A program made the translations under genes and the position numbers. A stretch of DNA of 61,691 nucleotides, taken from positions 1-61,691 of the forward strand of contig JBBQZC010000007.1 in NCBI GenBank assembly GCA_038208115.1. The letters run 5' to 3'. Each line of letters starts with the position of its first letter. Position 1 is the first letter of the stretch. The notes beneath the pieces were generated by a model. The model saw nothing but the letters and a program-made list of their open reading frames with translations, did no database searches and was not told the DNA's origin. The stretch comes from Candidatus Moraniibacteriota bacterium. GTDB taxonomy: Bacteria; Patescibacteriota; Minisyncoccia; Moranbacterales; GCA-2747515. Shown here one piece after another: positions 58,985 through 61,691 of the stretch.

Positions 58985-60214
58985 ATGCAAAATTTCATTT
59001 ATGGTTTATTAATAACATTGTGTTTTCCAGGTATTATTTGCGCTGTAAATAATACAAAACCACAAATAGATCAGCAACAAAAAGGATCTTTTATGACACA
59101 GGCAACTATTGCACAAAATACTTTTGCTGTGCCAACCATGATTGATGTGCCTCTTGTATTTGAAAGTCAGATGTTGTCTGAAGTTGCTGTGGTAGATAAT
59201 TCTGATGTTGTGGTACCATCGACAATTATCACAAATACAGAATATAGTCCTCTTCATTTTACGACTGAAGATTCTTATGCAAATACGAGTGCACAAAATA
59301 TGACTGATGGCGATCAGGATACTTTTACGGAATTTCCTTTTACTGAAGATGAATCAATAGGAAATGAAACAATCGTATCTATAACAGATCAGAATAATAA
59401 CGAGAAAAATATTCAGGAAAAAGTTGCAGTCGTATCTGAAAAAAATACGGTGAATATAGACATAATATCAAATCGTGCATTTGTAACGGATTCATTTACA
59501 TTGATTTTTGATACACACATTGCAAAGCCAACGCATATCCGTGTTGCATCTGTTGATGTCTCTGGTAAAGAGCATATTTTACTCCCTGAAAAATTTTATT
59601 CTCAAGACACAATCGTCTTTCCTGAAGAAAAAACAAATCATTATCGCATAACTTTGAAATACAGGAAGCCTCTTCGCATCAATGAAATAGTATTTAATGA
59701 AAAAAATGCTCCTCAGACAATAGAAAGATCTGTACGATTTATCGCTCAACCACAAATATCATACATGATCTACTACAATACAAATAATCATGTCAATCTA
59801 GTACAGCAAGAGTCACCAAGTTTTAACACAAAAATAAATGTCCCGATTGTACACTCAGTTGAAGTCAGCAATAATCCGCTGTACAAAAAAATTGATTCAG
59901 ATAAAGATGGTGTTATCGATCGTGATGATAACTGTGTCGATGTGGAAAATGCTGATCAGATAGATAAAGATAGTAATGGTATAGGTGATGCATGTGAAGA
60001 CTTTGATCTTGATGGAATAATTAATGTGAGGGATAATTGTCCTGATGTGCCAAACAAAAATCAAGTCGATAAAGATTTTGATAAGATTGGTGATGTCTGT
60101 GATGCAGAGGAAAGTCGTTTTATGGAAAAGTATCCATGGATCCCTTTTACAGCTCTAATCCTTGTTTTTGGCATAGTAGTATTATTGATTTTAAAAACTT
60201 TGCAAAAGAAATAA
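58985..60214 (+). CDS. surface protein with thrombospondin type-3 (Ca-binding) repeats
   Basis: Signal peptide; DSDKDGVIDRDDNC..NADQ.D.D.NGIGDAC repeated twice; C-terminal TM. Confidence 0.88.
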   Translation: MQNFIYGLLITLCFPGIICAVNNTKPQIDQQQKGSFMTQATIAQNTFAVPTMIDVPLVFESQMLSEVAVVDNSDVVVPSTIITNTEYSPLHFTTEDSYANTSAQNMTDGDQDTFTEFPFTEDESIGNETIVSITDQNNNEKNIQEKVAVVSEKNTVNIDIISNRAFVTDSFTLIFDTHIAKPTHIRVASVDVSGKEHILLPEKFYSQDTIVFPEEKTNHYRITLKYRKPLRINEIVFNEKNAPQTIERSVRFIAQPQISYMIYYNTNNHVNLVQQESPSFNTKINVPIVHSVEVSNNPLYKKIDSDKDGVIDRDDNCVDVENADQIDKDSNGIGDACEDFDLDGIINVRDNCPDVPNKNQVDKDFDKIGDVCDAEESRFMEKYPWIPFTALILVFGIVVLLILKTLQKK

Positions 60215-60218
60215 TTGT

Positions 60219-60578
60219 ATGAAAAAGATTATTTTTGTCGCGATAGTAGTAGCTATTCCTGTTCTGGTAATTATATATGGGGTATATTATTTTGGACCGT
60301 ATCAGCAGCAAAAAGAAATATCACTTGTAATGGATGAATTGAAGACATCATATTATAAAGGAGTGGCTTCTGTGTGCTATAAAAAAAAGATTTCACAAAA
60401 TACGTGTTGCTTGGAATCGGTCAAAGAAATGTCGCGCATAAAAGGACGGTTGGCAAATGAACCTATTTGTGGAGACCTTTCCAAAGATACTTTAAAATGT
60501 AATGGATCGTATGAATGGTGTGTTCCTGCACATAGTTCAAAGAAAGATGATAACGATGGAGGATTGGCAATAAATTAA
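60219..60578 (+). CDS. membrane-anchored 6-Cys hypothetical protein
   Basis: N-terminal TM; C...CC...C...C..SYEWC.P. Confidence 0.7.
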   Translation: MKKIIFVAIVVAIPVLVIIYGVYYFGPYQQQKEISLVMDELKTSYYKGVASVCYKKKISQNTCCLESVKEMSRIKGRLANEPICGDLSKDTLKCNGSYEWCVPAHSSKKDDNDGGLAIN

Positions 60579-60771
60579 TACCACTGTAATGATGATTGTA
60601 TGTCAGTGATGTGTTGTCAAATGTTGGACTGAGATATCGATGTAACAATATGTGATAATAGTGCATACGGCATTTAATCAAAAGAATGAATTTTTTTGTG
60701 GATTATATTATTGGGGTTTTCAAAATTAATAATGCGTCAATTGTTTTATCTTTTAACGTAGTAAAATTCGT

Positions 60772-61691
60772 ATGCAAAAAATATTGATTCTAGGGGCAAA
60801 AGGAATGCTGGGGCAAGAATTGGTCCGAGTATATAACGATGGTATGTATGATGTGACGGCATGGGATAGAGAAGATATTGATGTAACAGATTTTGATGTG
60901 TTGCATCAAAAAATCAATGATTTGTGGCCAGATGTAATCTATAATGCAGTCGCATATAATGCGGTTGATGCATGTGAAAATGATGATGAATATATAATAG
61001 CAGATCAGCTCAATGGGGTGTTCCCAGGTGAACTTGCAAAGATAGCAAAAAATCTTGATGCAACACTTGTGCATTATTCTACGGACTATGTTTTTGATGG
61101 TGAGCGGCCAATGTATCCTGAGGGAAAAAATCCAGGATGTTGTGGAAATGGATGCTCGGGGTGTATGTACAAGGGTCCGGAAGATACGTTAGAGTATTTT
61201 GCGTATCATGAGGGTGATGTACCTCGCCCAATCTCTCGCTATGGCATGACGAAACTCCACGGAGAGCAAGCGATTGAAAAAAACATGAATAATTATTATG
61301 TAATCAGACTCTCAAAATTATTTGGTAAACCAGCAACTTCGATCGCAGGTAAAAAAAGTTTTTTTGATTTAATGTTGGATTTGGGCAAAAAAAATGATGA
61401 AGTAAAGGCGGTGAACGGCGAAATAAGTAAATTTACGTATGCGCCAGATTTGGCATATGAAAGCAAAAGAATAGTTGACGCACATTTATCATATGGCATA
61501 TATCACGTGGCAAATGAGGGCGCTGCTACATGGTATGATGGGGCAGTGGCGCTTTATGAGCTCGCAGGATTGAAGACACGTATCATTCCTGTATCATCTG
61601 ATACATTTCCACGCCTCGCAAAACGACCATCATCTTCAGTTCTTAAAGTTACCAAAATTCCGCCCATGCGTCATTATCGCGATGCCCTGCG
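60772..61691 (+). CDS. rfbD: dTDP-4-dehydrorhamnose reductase family protein, 3'-truncated by the window edge
   Basis: Manual translation (absent from the ORF track): MQKILILGAKGMLG, AYNAVD, STDYVFDG, YGMTK, GIYHVAN, AKRP. Confidence 0.92.
   Translation, partial: MQKILILGAKGMLGQELVRVYNDGMYDVTAWDREDIDVTDFDVLHQKINDLWPDVIYNAVAYNAVDACENDDEYIIADQLNGVFPGELAKIAKNLDATLVHYSTDYVFDGERPMYPEGKNPGCCGNGCSGCMYKGPEDTLEYFAYHEGDVPRPISRYGMTKLHGEQAIEKNMNNYYVIRLSKLFGKPATSIAGKKSFFDLMLDLGKKNDEVKAVNGEISKFTYAPDLAYESKRIVDAHLSYGIYHVANEGAATWYDGAVALYELAGLKTRIIPVSSDTFPRLAKRPSSSVLKVTKIPPMRHYRDAL

Noticed and set aside
1-61691. CRISPR array, integron attC array, rRNA or prophage structural genes
   Set aside because: No regularly spaced direct repeats, no shared core sites among the islet hairpins, and no rRNA or phage structural motifs were seen.
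1-61691. Systematic long-read homopolymer error as the cause of all frame breaks
   Set aside because: Dozens of genes with long A/T runs are intact and some lesions are substitutions. It remains possible for the single thyX G7 site.

Overview
AT-rich bacterial chromosome segment read with genetic code 11. By gene style it is most likely Patescibacteria/CPR (Parcubacteria, Moranbacteria-like); this placement is inference. The backbone is housekeeping: secE-nusG-rplK-rplA, a thymidylate/nucleotide cluster, gatB, miaA, thrS, dnaE, rnhB, topA, dprA, pth, an LCP gene, a short smc, rpsP, rplJL, trmD-ftsW-murG-murC-murB, raiA, greA, lysS, obgE, serS, rfbB, arsR plus permease, and rfbD. About a dozen solitary ORFan 'islets' interrupt it. 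Most carry a strong Shine-Dalgarno and a downstream hairpin, several have a consensus promoter, whereas core genes lack SD sites. Most notable observations: (1) a partly decayed module of a SET-domain gene, two paralogues of an unknown ~245-aa family and an orphan multi-TM histidine kinase, laid out like a signal-synthase/receptor pair; (2) two IS481-like right ends, each 4-5 bp upstream of a TTGACA -35 box, with the transposase frame ending on the TGA inside TTGACA; (3) a Thr T-box riboswitch with an ultrashort stem I upstream of thrS; (4) thyX split at a G7 tract; (5) two promoter/terminator-bounded structured ncRNA candidates; (6) an RfbD/RmlD carrying an inserted CCGxGCxxC motif. No rRNA, recognisable tRNA or CRISPR array was found. 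All family calls are by-eye motif recognition; no searches were run.
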